Below, piece after piece: positions 1 to 11,966 of a DNA stretch of 64,000 nt. Location of the stretch: positions 59,369,604 to 59,433,603 of the forward strand of contig NC_068988.1 of NCBI RefSeq assembly GCF_001194135.2, written 5' to 3'. The translations under genes were made by a program, and so were the position numbers. How positions within the stretch are numbered: position 1 is the first letter of the stretch; each line of letters begins with the position of its first letter. The notes beneath the pieces are model-generated. The model did no database searches. It worked only from the letters and a program-made list of their open reading frames with translations, and was not told the DNA's origin. Origin of the DNA: Octopus bimaculoides (Eukaryota).

Positions 1-29
1 TTTCTACACATACGTGAGACATATGCATG

Positions 30-60
<31 letters not shown>

Positions 61-1010
61 NNNNNNNNNNNNNNNNNNNNNNNNNNNNNNNNNNNNNNNN
101 NNNNNNNNNNNNNNNNNNNNNNNNNNNNNNNNNNNNNNNNNNNNNNNNNNNNNNNNNNNNNNNNNNNNNNNNNNNNNNNNNNNNNNNNNNNNNNNNNNNN
201 NNNNNNNNNNNNNNNNNNNNNNNNNNNNNNNNNNNNNNNNNNNNNNNNNNNNNNNNNNNNNNNNNNNNNNNNNNNNNNNNNNNNNNNNNNNNNNNNNNNN
301 NNNNNNNNNNNNNNNNNNNNNNNNNNNNNNNNNNNNNNNNNNNNNNNNNNNNNNNNNNNNNNNNNNNNNNNNNNNNNNNNNNNNNNNNNNNNNNNNNNNN
401 NNNNNNNNNNNNNNNNNNNNNNNNNNNNNNNNNNNNNNNNNNNNNNNNNNNNNNNNNNNNNNNNNNNNNNNNNNNNNNNNNNNNNNNNNNNNNNNNNNNN
501 NNNNNNNNNNNNNNNNNNNNNNNNNNNNNNNNNNNNNNNNNNNNNNNNNNNNNNNNNNNNNNNNNNNNNNNNNNNNNNNNNNNNNNNNNNNNNNNNNNNN
601 NNNNNNNNNNNNNNNNNNNNNNNNNNNNNNNNNNNNNNNNNNNNNNNNNNNNNNNNNNNNNNNNNNNNNNNNNNNNNNNNNNNNNNNNNNNNNNNNNNNN
701 NNNNNNNNNNNNNNNNNNNNNNNNNNNNNNNNNNNNNNNNNNNNNNNNNNNNNNNNNNNNNNNNNNNNNNNNNNNNNNNNNNNNNNNNNNNNNNNNNNNN
801 NNNNNNNNNNNNNNNNNNNNNNNNNNNNNNNNNNNNNNNNNNNNNNNNNNNNNNNNNNNNNNNNNNNNNNNNNNNNNNNNNNNNNNNNNNNNNNNNNNNN
901 NNNNNNNNNNNNNNNNNNNNNNNNNNNNNNNNNNNNNNNNNNNNNNNNNNNNNNNNNNNNNNNNNNNNNNNNNNNNNNNNNNNNNNNNNNNNNNNNNNNN
1001 NNNNNNNNNN

Positions 1011-1181
1011 NCTACCGCGAAGTTCTGAGTTCAAATTCCGTCGTGGTCGACTTTGCCTTTCATCCTTTTGGGGTCGATTAAATAAGTACCAGTAACGCAC
1101 TGGGGTCGATATGATCGAATTAATCCGTTTGTCTGTCCTGGTTTGTCCCCTCTGTGTCTAACCCCTTGTGGGTAGTAAAGA

Positions 1182-1186
<5 letters not shown>
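1011..1186 (+). mobile_element. tRNA-derived SINE, 5' part lost in N gap, (TA)n tail
   Basis: B-box-like GAGTTCAAATTCC followed by GTCGACTTTGCCTTTCATCC...GGGGTCGATTAAATAAGTACCAG; near-identical to the copy at 6160-6390; ends AAAGAAATA then (TA)n. Confidence 0.85.
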
Positions 1187-1224
<38 letters not shown>

Positions 1225-1549
1225 AATATATGCAAAGTATATGCATAGTGAAACAACGCTATGTAAATGTAGAAGACAACGCCCAAAAATCAAGACGGTC
1301 TAAATGAAACCTTGCTACAAATCGATTTTTAGTATTATATTATAATGACCCTTGCCATTTCACCGATACAAGAGACAGAATTTGAAATTCCCTCACACAA
1401 ATGTTGGAAGAATTATCACCCATACTGGTCGATGAAGACATTTAGACGAGATAAAGAGCGACAAAATCTGAGCAAATTACAGTACAGCATCAATAATGGT
1501 AAAAATGAAGTGGGCGGACGTATTTAATCCTCGTCTTATAATTCAATAG

Positions 1550-1801
1550 ATGTCTGAAAGAGGAAAAATGACTATGCTGCAAAAAGGATTACATTTTCTA
1601 AAGTCATCAGCCGTTTACACAATCAGAAAACAAGTAAAATTTATTGATGTCCCAGAGAGTAGAGTTCAGAGAATTTTCCGAATGCATATTATTGAGCGAT
1701 CGAAATATAACACACATAGAGTATTAAAAAGTACTTTCTACTGCTTCGAGGCAAATATATTTCGAAATCAGATGAAGTCGAAAGAATTCATCGATAAATG
1801 A
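1550..1801 (+). pseudogene. Possible degenerate Tc1-like transposase N-terminal HTH
   Basis: ORF MSERGKMTMLQKG...KFIDVPESRVQRIF loosely resembles a Tc1 HTH (IA..V.KSTVQRI); no catalytic domain seen. Confidence 0.25.
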
Positions 1802-2605
1802 AGTACCATGCATCTAATAGAGTGATTCTGCTTCATCATCTTCCACAATTATCATCGCCGTCAGTATCACCAGCATTTCTGTTTTTTCTCGCTCTCTTAC
1901 TTTACCTCCAACCAGTCCCCTTCAATTACCCACTTTATTCCGTTTGTGGAAGAATCGGCTATGTTCTAAATTCAAAAGTATTGTGATTCAACAGTTTTTT
2001 TAAAGCCTACAAGACGGGACTTCGATTATTCTGTTACTAGAAAGCAACATATGACAAGCAATAAATTACTCCACATTTAAAACAAGTTATTTAGTTTCCG
2101 TCCTCCGCCTTGTTCTGCATAATTTTATAAAATTGCGATATACTTTCATTCAATATTTTAGTTAATTTTTTCCTCAAAGAAAAATCCTACTTCAATTTTC
2201 TTCAATAGATGATCATATTCAAAACCTTTACGAAGGATTTTTCTCATATTTTGGTCAAAGTACATAGTAAGTTAAGCTACCATTTATTCCATTGTTATTA
2301 AACATAACATTGTATTAAATTGCCTTTCGTCATCCATTTTTTATTTGTAATAAAATTCAGAATCGATTAATGACAAAAAAAAAATAATAAATAAATTGAC
2401 TCTGTTCTTATGTATACGCATATTATAAGCAAGAAGTATATTTTCCATATAATTCTGGCTAAAATCAATAATTATATATAAGATTGCTTTCGCTAAAGAA
2501 TACAGATGATATTATACAACTTGGTTTAAGCCTATGCGATAAGCAATGGCTGACGAAATTGAATAAGGATACATTTGCTTTAATGACGATAGTGTAAGAA
2601 AAGAT

Positions 2606-2660
<55 letters not shown>

Positions 2661-2669
2661 AACAATAAT

Positions 2670-3206
2670 AATAATTCCTGTACCAGGCAATGGTTCTCAT
2701 GTCTTCTGATCTTAAATGATTGGAAGTGTTGTCATCATTGTTTTCCCTTGGTATAAAAGATTGGCTACAGCAAATATTCTGCTCAATACTACAAATCTGC
2801 GTGTCAGTTGTTTAACCTTAACCTGTTGAGCATGTCCCTTAGTGGATGACGATATGTGCATCTATAATCACGGACATAAGTAGTGGGAGAGCATCATAGC
2901 CATGTGCTGAAAGGAATTCTTTGGGGTTTGGATAATTCACCTTTGGAAACATGGGTGTCAACATCTTTAAACAGCACTTATCTAGGCATCTTTTGAACGT
3001 TATGGGCTACTCGACCTGAAGAAAATTTTAACTTAGCTCTTAGGTGATGCGCTGTTTATCTTGATATGACATCACTATGTCACGCACATATAGTTGTGAT
3101 GCATTTTCCTGGTGTACCCTTATCAGACGGGTAGTTATAATGGGTGTACTGGGCTTCGTATAGTTTACCTCGTGTCAATTTGATGGCATCTATTGCTCTC
3201 TCACTC

Positions 3207-3257
<51 letters not shown>
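2670..3257 (+). mobile_element. Non-coding ~550 bp retroelement (SINE or LINE 3'UTR) with (AAT)n tail
   Basis: 3' half matches the reverse complement of 49570-49800 (ATGGGCTACTC...GAAGAAAATT...TTTATCTTGATATGA...TTATCAGACGG...GCTTCGTA...CTC); ends in (AAT)n. Confidence 0.75.
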
Positions 3258-3258
<1 letters not shown>

Positions 3259-3259
3259 T

Positions 3260-4030
3260 CCTGAATAGTCAACGGAAGAGAAGGACCTCTACTCCGCAAG
3301 GAATTACATGGTTATTTCACCGTGAAACTAACAACTGAAGAGACCTCGAAGCATCATCAAGGTGACCTTAAAAAATGAAGACTGAAAACCTAAGAATCAG
3401 GCATTGAATAACAACTCAGTGAAAAGAGATATATGTCATACAAGTGTAACGAACATCTCTAGATTGGGTAGGGTTGAAAGCGTGAATCACATTGTCAGTG
3501 TTTCTGACTCACATTATTAATCTTGCGTAGAAAGAATACAGGCGCAGACTCGACAAGTTATTCCTAAATTCTCACTGGCTACAAGGCCGGCAGTATGGAT
3601 ACGAGGTAATATACACCAGAAAAGTTAATGGATGAAAAATGGGAATGCAAAGATTATCTACGGCTTTGACTTCCAGACAGAGAAGGTGCTGAATAACGAG
3701 AGCCGGATAGAGTAACCTTTAGGAAAAACAAGCAAGGATGCCTAATGATCGCTGTGTCAGTGCCAGTAGATCAACATATTATCATGAAAAAAGAGTAAAG
3801 ATTGACAAATATGCAGACTTGAGAATTGAGATCGTCAGGTTGTGGCAGCTACGCGATGTATACATAAAGGTTGTCCCTATTGTCACTGGAACATTGGGTT
3901 GAATATCACTCAATATGAAGAACCAGAAATATCTTACAATCTAGGTGAATTGCAAAAATGGACTTTGGAGCGGCACGTATATTGTGTAAAGTACTGAGGC
4001 CCTTCTTGTGACTTGACAGACAGTACAAAT
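3260..4030 (+). mobile_element. R4/Dong-clade LINE, 3' fragment (CCHC region and restriction-like endonuclease), frameshifted
   Basis: Translated pieces KELHGYF, QGDLK, QALNNNSVKRDICHT, VESVNHIVS, KEYRRRLDK, AKIIYGFDFQTEKVLNN, IDKYADLRIEIVRLWQ...KVVPIVTGTLG match the R4/Dong C-terminus. Confidence 0.85.
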
Positions 4031-4099
4031 CTCCGGTAGACACAATATCTTCAATCAACAACATCGCGGAAATAGATACTGTGCGACGTCTTAAATAAC

Positions 4100-4105
4100 A
4101 ATAGC

Positions 4106-4148
<43 letters not shown>

Positions 4149-4160
4149 CTAATAATAATA

Positions 4161-4226
<66 letters not shown>

Positions 4227-4229
4227 ATA
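4100..4229. repeat. Compound microsatellite (AAC)n(AAT)n(GAT)n(ACT)n
   Basis: Direct reading. Confidence 0.95.
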
Positions 4230-5989
4230 NNNNNNNNNNNNNNNNNNNNNNNNNNNNNNNNNNNNNNNNNNNNNNNNNNNNNNNNNNNNNNNNNNNNNNN
4301 NNNNNNNNNNNNNNNNNNNNNNNNNNNNNNNNNNNNNNNNTATATATATATAATTCAAAAATACTTGTAGTAAAAAAAAAAACGAACATATACTGAATAC
4401 ACAGGCGACCAGAAAACACCGTGTTTACCGCTTGTTGTCTACTTCTATTCATTCATCATGTGTATGTGGGGGTGTGTGTGCTCGCGCGCGCGTATGTGTA
4501 TTATTTTGCGTATGATTGTGTATGCATCTGTATTTACACTTACATTTACATATCCACGTGCATAGAATTTCTTTAAACAATGATACGTTGAGATATTCAT
4601 TGCTGTCAGCCTCATATGTAGCACCTTTCTCAAACTCATTCTATTTACAATCAATAAATACATATTGTGTCCTCATTTAATTAAATATTAGGAAGTAAAT
4701 CACTGCCAGAGTTTGACTATTTATATTATATCATTCACTTAGCTCCATTAAGTGTATTTGATTTTGATTGGATTAACCGCTTTGATTTTCATACAAAAGA
4801 GTTATTGCACAATATATGCAATTATATGAGATATATATTATAAAGAGACCTATTGAAAAATGTCTGCAACTTAAATGTACGCTGCAGTAATCTACAATAA
4901 ATCTATTAAAACTTTATTAGATCAGAATAATTTATTAGTTGATATACGTATCGTTATTATGTCCAGGTCATCTCTGATTGATCAGACCTGATATATTGTA
5001 CTTTAGCTGTGGCCATCCTCTCTACTCCTTCTTTCCCATCACCAAGCGTAGTGTACCACCAGTGCTTCGTTTCTAAATTATTGCACAGAGCTGTAATTCT
5101 AGCTAACATGTTATGTGATAGACGCGTCTAGATAAACGTATAAGTAAAAATAAAACATTGCACAGTTACAAGCTATTGTGATCTGCTTGGTTATATCGTA
5201 ATTTCTCTATCCTTTTTAGGAGCTATTTAGTGACAAGAAAACGTGGACATGTTATCACCCTCATGCGCCAGTGAAATGGCCAAGATGTGACAGCTGCTAG
5301 ACAATGTTCGTTGCGTAGACTGAAACAACAAGAGGTTACGTATTACTTGATGAAGTGCTTTAATCGAACGCATTGAATATTTGCAGATTCTGTACCTATA
5401 TATTTAAAGAAATCACCTACATGCACCTTAAAAAATATATTCAGCCTGAAGATACTAAATCCTATCTCTGCAATGTAAGTAGTTGGCCAGGTCTTCTTAA
5501 TCTGCAAGTGACAGAATAAGATAACATGGATTGTGTGCGCAATGGTGTAGGATAAAATCTGTTGATACAAAATTTACTAGTACATTATAGCATAAAATAT
5601 CCAGGATTATATTGTCCCCGAAGTGTCCATTGATATCTTTCCTTTGTCTCAAATTAGTTCCCATGCAGAAGATATATAATCAAATGCATTCAAACTCTGT
5701 CCATTATAGCTCATATTTATTTCAGATGTATTTTATCTCAGATTTATTTGTCCTATACCTCCTTCTACACTGCACTCTAGGTGTCTCGCCCTCACTACTG
5801 CTACAGAAGATCTAATAAAATGTTTTTCATCTGTGAACTTCTTGTATTTGTGTTCAAAACAGGTACCTGGACCGAAACTGTATAATGTATTCTAACTGTC
5901 TGTTTTTTTGAAGCAGGATACATTTGATGACAGTTCGCAGTTATTTGTAACAAGTCGTGATACCATGTGGTAGCATGTTCTTTAACACA

Positions 5990-6108
5990 CAACCTGTTCC
6001 GGAAGGAAACCGTTCAATTTTACGACAGACTCGCGGAAGGTCGGGCCCAGGCCAGCCTTCCCGAGAGCCGCCGCCAAGTACCGATGGTCGACCCTGTCGA
6101 AAGCCTTA
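5990..6108 (-). mobile_element. L1/Tx1-clade LINE reverse transcriptase fragment
   Basis: Minus strand reads KAFDRVDHRYLAAALGKAGLGPTFRESVVKLNGFL, the KAFDRV.H motif with following G.GP.F and V.NG typical of L1/Tx1 RT; GC-rich patch. Confidence 0.8.
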
Positions 6109-6159
6109 AATCATTATTATATTATAAAGTTTTAAATCATTATTATATTGCATACAAAT

Positions 6160-6390
6160 GCGGTGAGCTGAAAGAAACGTTAGCACGCCGAGCGAAATAC
6201 TTTGCGGTATATCGTCTGCCGCTACGTTCTGAGTTCAAATTCCGCCGAGGTCGACTTTGCCTTTCATCCTTTTCGGGGTCGATTAAATAAGTACAAGTTA
6301 CGCACTGGGGTCGATACAATCGACTTAATCCATTTGTCTGTCTTTGTTTGTCTCCTCTATGTTTAGCCCCTTGTGGGCAATAAAGAAATA
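6160..6390 (+). mobile_element. Full-length tRNA-derived SINE
   Basis: Head GCGGTGAGCTG.AAGAAACGTTAGCACGCCG, B-box GAGTTCAAATTCCGCCGAGG, body shared with 1011-1186, AAAGAAATA end. Confidence 0.9.
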
Positions 6391-6562
6391 GGTATTTCGT
6401 CTATCTTTACGTCCTGAGTTCAAATTCCGCCGAGGTTGATGTTCCTTTTCATCCTTTCGGGGTCGATAAATTCAGTACCAGTTGCGTACTAGGTAGATCT
6501 AACCGACTGGCCCCTCCCCCAAAATTTCGGGCCTTGTATCTAGAGTAGAAAAGATTATTATT
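6391..6562 (+). mobile_element. 5'-truncated SINE of a sister subfamily, directly in tandem
   Basis: Repeats GGTATTTCGTCT...CTGAGTTCAAATTCCGCCGAGG...TTTCATCCTTTCGGGGTCGATAAAT but has a different 3' half ending AAAGATTATTATT. Confidence 0.85.
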
Positions 6563-7155
6563 TCTCTGAAAAGGGTGGCAGACATTTAACATGCATAACA
6601 AAATGCTTAGTGATATTGTTTCTAGTTCTAATTTCTGTACAAACTGGGTCATCTTTGTATTTCATCTTTTCAGAAATGATAAAATAAAGCACCATTAACG
6701 TACCAGTGCCGCAGTAAAAGACTACTCGGCAACCCAATTAATTCACGGGAATTCTCCAACTGAGAAAAACGACAAGAAACTGCTGGAATAGATATATCCT
6801 GCGGCAGTTTAATAATAACGGTCTTTTATATTAATGATGCAGAAGAATGAAAGGCACATTTGAACTCAGGTTTAAGACCAAAGCTTGAAGTAGTGAATCA
6901 ACTACTCCCCGAAATCTATTATTGCATATTGTAACATTTCTGCCAATTTATCGTATATTCTATGTATATACCTCGAGAAAAGACACAATAGAAATTCCAT
7001 GCTGAGACATGAGTGAATAGCTATCAAAGTAAGGTTACGAGGCCAGCTAAATGATTGTCAGAAAATTTACATTACATTATTTACCATTGTGCAACGAATG
7101 TCTTACAATTCCTGATTTACTGAACCTACATTTATAGAAGCAAAGGACAAGAAAT

Positions 7156-7156
<1 letters not shown>

Positions 7157-7220
<64 letters not shown>

Positions 7221-7300
7221 TGTGGTGGTGGTGGTGGGTTGTTTCTCCGTGGTGGTGAAGGTGGTGTCGGTGGTGGTGTTGGTGGTATTATTGGTCGTAG
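7157..7300. repeat. (AGT)n followed by GGT-rich microsatellite
   Basis: Direct reading. Confidence 0.95.
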
Positions 7301-7604
7301 CGGTAGCGGTGCTGCTTTTTTTCCTGTAATAGTTATCTTACGACACATCAGAGCGAGCGTTGAATTTCTGTCCAAGGTAATTAAGAAGCAAAAGGCCATA
7401 ACAAGAACAGTCAGATTATGTAAAATTTATTGCCATATTTATATTTAAAAGGATTAGAAATTTGAATTACAAACATCTCACACGCCACTGTTGCAGCTGA
7501 TTTTGTTGTCTACGACGCTACCTAGACCATGCACGTATCATCTAAGCCCAAGCTAGAGTCTAGATTCATTCTTCCACTCAAACCGTCAGTTCTGCAAAGT
7601 GCAA

Positions 7605-8811
7605 TGCAAAGTGGTATCAAAAGTTTTCCGGACTAGTTATGTTTAATAAAAACAATAGCTTATTTACAAAAGGCGTTTTCCGTAAGCGAGTCACCTAGGC
7701 TAGCGGCAACGTTGTTAAAATGATGGCCCTTAAGTCGTTTTCGTCTTGAGGAAGAGATAGAAATCCACGGATGATAAATCTTGTGAGGAGGGCGAGTACA
7801 GAATCAAAACGATGTTGTTTTTTTAGCGAGAAACTGACGATGAGGAGACCACGAATGTCAGGACACATTATCATTGTAAAGAATCCAATTCTTCGTGCTC
7901 CACAGATCCGATCAATTTCACCAAATGTCCTTTCTCAAACACCTCAAATCGTCGCAGTAGAAACCTGGTGTGATGGTCAGGCCCTAGGTGACGAAATCTC
8001 GTTACATAATACTGTGGGTATCGAAAATAACGAAGAGCATGCTTTTGAATGAGTTGCAGCTCTATCGTGGTTTTCTTCAGTTGTGGATATGAAGGGATCT
8101 TCTATTGTGACGACTTCTACTTTGTCTTTGGCTTGTACTTTGAGACCTAACTCTCGTCAAATTTGATGATCTTTGGCATTAAGTATGTGTCATGAGTGCC
8201 ACGCTATCAGAGATACTGACAGACTTCGGTGGGATTTCCTTTCTGCTCAGTGGTCTGCAGGCGGAGACAGTCATGGCAGAGACGCATTGCGTGCTCAATT
8301 TTAACGTTAGGATTGCCTGCACGAATCCATACGACAGACCAAGAACACAAGAAATATCGATGATTGTCCCCCGACGATCGTCATGCACATGCTGAAGAAT
8401 GTTCTCCACATTTCTAGTGGTGACGCTCGTAGCAGGTCTTCAGAGTCATTCATCGTTTTCTAGGCTTTTCAAGTAACCGTCCCCATCGAAATACTACGTA
8501 GGACTCATTTCCTCGTCGCCGTAAGCTTGCTGAAGAATATGCAGCGTCTCTATAGCAGACGTCCCAAGTTTAAGCCAAAATTTTAGGTTGGCTCTTTGTT
8601 CGAACTTCCTGTCCATGACAAAATCGCAGACCACAGTATACACTTGATCACAAAGAGACAAATTTCACAATTGTTTCAGTAAGCACAGCGATGGCACTGG
8701 GAATACGGCCTCATGAAGGGCACTACTAAGTCACATTACGCAGGAAACCATTTGCTGCCTTCTGATGGCATACTACGGAACTAGTCTGTGATTTTTTAAT
8801 ACAACCTTGTA
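7605..8811 (-). mobile_element. Near full-length degenerate mariner (DD34D) transposon
   Basis: Minus strand MDRKFEQRANLKF..KLGTSAIETLHILQQAYGDEEMS, HDDRRGTIIDISCVLGLSYGFVQAILT, KSMLFVIFD, WILYNDNV, YSP..QDL..VDFYLF. Degenerate TIRs at 7605-7638 (TGCAAAGTGGTATCAAAAG...GGACTAGTT) and 8779-8811; ~1.2 kb. Confidence 0.88.
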
Positions 8812-9280
8812 CGGAATATCGTGCGTAAGAAGGCGCGCAGTACTTCGAATGCTTTCATCTAGCCTCAGAAAATTCCTTTTATATAACTCGTTTATATCTT
8901 TAAAAAACATACTATGGGTATTTAATACAAGAAATAAAAATGAAGTGTCAATGTCTTCAGCAACTTCTGGCATAGATGTTTTTGTTAAGAATTAGGTCCG
9001 CATCGATTGCACGAATATCTCTGCCATTTCTAATATACTTCATTTTGAAGGGACGATTGCATTTTATGTAGCATGGTTTGCCATGATATTCAACCTGAAT
9101 GCCGAAACATATAGGTAGTACTCTTTAGAAGGATGACAAACATTTCTATACTTATGGAAAGTAAAATAGCCTTGAAAACAAACAGGTGTCTTCATTGTAA
9201 AAAGATGTTGTGTGTGAATGGGTGCGGATTTGCGTGTGTGAGCGTGTGTCTGTGTGTGTATGTGTGTATGTGTGATTGTG

Positions 9281-9592
9281 TGTCTGTGTTTGTAGCGGTT
9301 TCATGTGTTGATATTATTCTTTCATTTGTAGAACTGTTTACCTCGAAATGGCTAACCATTCCGCAACGCTATAGTCGTTAAGAAAAAATGTCAACTTAAT
9401 TTAAACGATGATATCTTACTGAAGCAGTGGCAGTTTTATACTCAGGTAATCTAGTCAGCGCAAAAGAAAAAAAAAACATTAAAAAGAAATGAAATAAGTC
9501 TCTTAAGAAAATTCTGACTTGCAATGGCATGCATGCATTGATTATAATGGAAATGGCTAGATGCTATATTACTACTAGCTGCGTAGTAGCGT
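9281..9592 (+). repeat. Local duplication copy 1 (partner 13510-13848)
   Basis: Colinear match including identical AAAATTCTGACTTGCAATGGCATGCATGCATTGATTATAATGGAAATGGCTAG. Confidence 0.9.
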
Positions 9593-11174
9593 TGAACACA
9601 TCTGCGCACCCGTTCAACCTGTTAGATTAATCTTCCACGTATTCTTCACGTCGCTATTCCTTTTTTCAAAAACGAAGGTTACATCGTATAATGTTAACCT
9701 ATATATTCCTTAAAAAATACGATTGTCACACATGGAATAATGCTTATTATAGTATTCTTTAGTTTGGGAAACAGCGATTGAGAAATAAAAAAAAAAAAGA
9801 TATTCATATACTTGGGGTATTAAAAAAAACATTCTATGAGATAATGCTCAGTTACCCACTTCACTGTAAAGTAATTCAAGACACCGTAAAGATCTTCTAA
9901 TTGGCATCTACTTCACTATATATATATTCAATAACAGAAACTGCCTAGTATTATACGTTTAAAACAAATAGAAGAGAAAAAGCGTAGGATAAGAATCAGA
10001 AGATTTAGGCGGAGGATCACACATATTGGCTGTTTTTTCAGAGAGGCGGTTGTGCTATTGCTTTCAAACAGCTGTGTGGTATCAAATGCGATTGGTGTGG
10101 AACGTGTAACGATCAGTAAACATTTATTATTATTCAGAAAGACTGTTTGATTTCTATTTTCCTTTCTTTCATATTTATTCCATCTTTCCTGTTTAGGTTA
10201 GTGTAATTGTTCATTGTAATTTTTTTTCTGCGAGAAGACATGCGTGTGTCTGAGTGTGTATAGTTTTCTGTACTTGAGTATGGATACATNNNNNNNNNNN
10301 NNNNNNNNNNNNNNNNNNNNNNNNNNNNNNNNNNNNNNNNNNNNNNNNNNNNNNNNNNNNNNNNNNNNNNNNNNNNNNNNNNNNNNNNNNNNNNNNNNNN
10401 NNNNNNNNNNNNNNNNNNNNNNNNNNNNNNNNNNNNNNNNNNNNNNNNNNNNNNNNNNNNNNNNNNNNNNNNNNNNNNNNNNNNNNNNNNNNNNNNNNNN
10501 NNNNNNNNNNNNNNNNNNNNNNNNNNNNNNNNNNNNNNNNNNNNNNNNNNNNNNNNNNNNNNNNNNNNNNNNNNNNNNNNNNNNNNNNNNNNNNNNNNNN
10601 NNNNNNNNNNNNNNNNNNNNNNNNNNNNNNNNNNNNNNNNNNNNNNNNNNNNNNNNNNNNNNNNNNNNNNNNNNNNNNNNNNNNNNNNNNNNNNNNNNNN
10701 NNNNNNNNNNNNNNNNNNNNNNNNNNNNNNNNNNNNNNNNNNNNNNNNNNNNNNNNNNNNNNNNNNNNNNNNNNNNNNNNNNNNNNNNNNNNNNNNNNNN
10801 NNNNNNNNNNNNNNNNNNNNNNNNNNNNNNNNNNNNNNNNNNNNNNNNNNNNNNNNNNNNNNNNNNNNNNNNNNNNNNNNNNNNNNNNNNNNNNNNNNNN
10901 NNNNNNNNNNNNNNNNNNNNNNNNNNNNNNNNNNNNNNNNNNNNNNNNNNNNNNNNNNNNNNNNNNNNNNNNNNNNNNNNNNNNNNNNNNNNNNNNNNNN
11001 NNNNNNNNNNNNNNNNNNNNNNNNNNNNNNNNNNNNNNNNNNNNNNNNNNNNNNNNNNNTTTATTCCAAAAGAAAAGAAAAGGGAGTATTATAAGAATAC
11101 ATACATATGCAAAATCTATGGGCTACGCAAATATATATTAGTAATACATAAAAGAGTAAATGATTAAAATATCA

Positions 11175-11602
11175 GTTCCATACGGCCGTTTCTGCCCAGA
11201 GGCCACGATATCCTACTTGCTATCTTCACTCTTTTCCGTAGGCTTTTCCTTCCACGGCTAAACCTAAACTGTCCTCCCCTCTTTTTACACGAGAACATTA
11301 CTGTGTGATACACGATCCCTATTGATCGGCCTTTCCTTTTCTTTTTTTTCGCTCCCTTTTGATCGAACTGCCCCTTTTCCCTTCCTACGATCCCTTTTGA
11401 TCGACACCACCAATTTTTTTTTTTTTCTTTTTTTTTTCCTTCCTTTCCCCCTTCCAAAAAGAAAAGCTCTACATTGTATTTGTCCCATCTTCGTTGAGCC
11501 CTGTGTGGCTAATAAAAGAAATGTATCTTCACTCTTCAGTGTTCTGTATTGATGGTTAGATAGAGTTTGGATGTTGAGTGTGCCTCTAGGCTTCATCAGC
11601 GG
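11175..11602 (-). ncRNA. Type I hammerhead ribozyme motif with ~380-nt loop II
   Basis: CTGATGA (11599-11593), extra A, stem II GCCTAGAGGC/GCCTCTGGGC (10 bp, one G-U), extra A, GAAAC-GGCC-GTA; stem I only CCG/TGG. Confidence 0.6.
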
Positions 11603-11861
11603 TTGTAAACGGTTAGGAGAGCCGATACATACAAGATTGAATTGCTAATATTCATGTTATTTTGTCCAGTGTATCTTGGAAGGCAACACTTGAAGTCTGT
11701 GACAAATTTCCCTTTCCTATACCTAATAAATTTTCCACACTATTTCTCCTCTCACACTCTAAGTCTTGCTATTATTCTTCTTATGTTCTCTTCATCAAGA
11801 AACCTTTACTGTTCCTGTTAGTAACTGACCATGTATGTATCGGCTCTCTTAACCATTTAGA

Positions 11862-11966
11862 CCCCCCGATGAAGCCTAGAGGCACACTCAACATCCAGAC
11901 TCTACAAAACACTGAAGCTAGCAAGGAGGATATCGTGGCCTCTTGGCAGAAACGGCCGTAAGGAAC
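11862..11966 (+). ncRNA. Type I hammerhead ribozyme motif, U4C variant
   Basis: CCGATGA-A-GCCTAGAGGC...(54 nt)...GCCTCTTGGC-A-GAAAC-GGCC-GTA; stem I weak. Confidence 0.55.

Noticed and set aside
14-1081. Long ORFs spanning N gaps (also 10244-11167, 24794-25353, 54228-55838, 59386-59882)
   Set aside because: They consist of X and IY/CV repeats; artefacts of gaps and microsatellites
6200-6260. SINE heads read as tRNA genes; repeated SINE segments read as a CRISPR-like array
   Set aside because: No cloverleaf and continuous with SINE bodies; no regular repeat-spacer periodicity anywhere in the window
6673-6810. Strong acceptor TTTCATCTTTTCAG
   Set aside because: All three frames stop within 9 codons; no donor
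9570-9630. Hairpin followed by CTAG-T on the minus strand, resembling a Helitron 3' end
   Set aside because: The duplicate at 13.8k shares sequence across the supposed boundary, so it is not a clean insertion end
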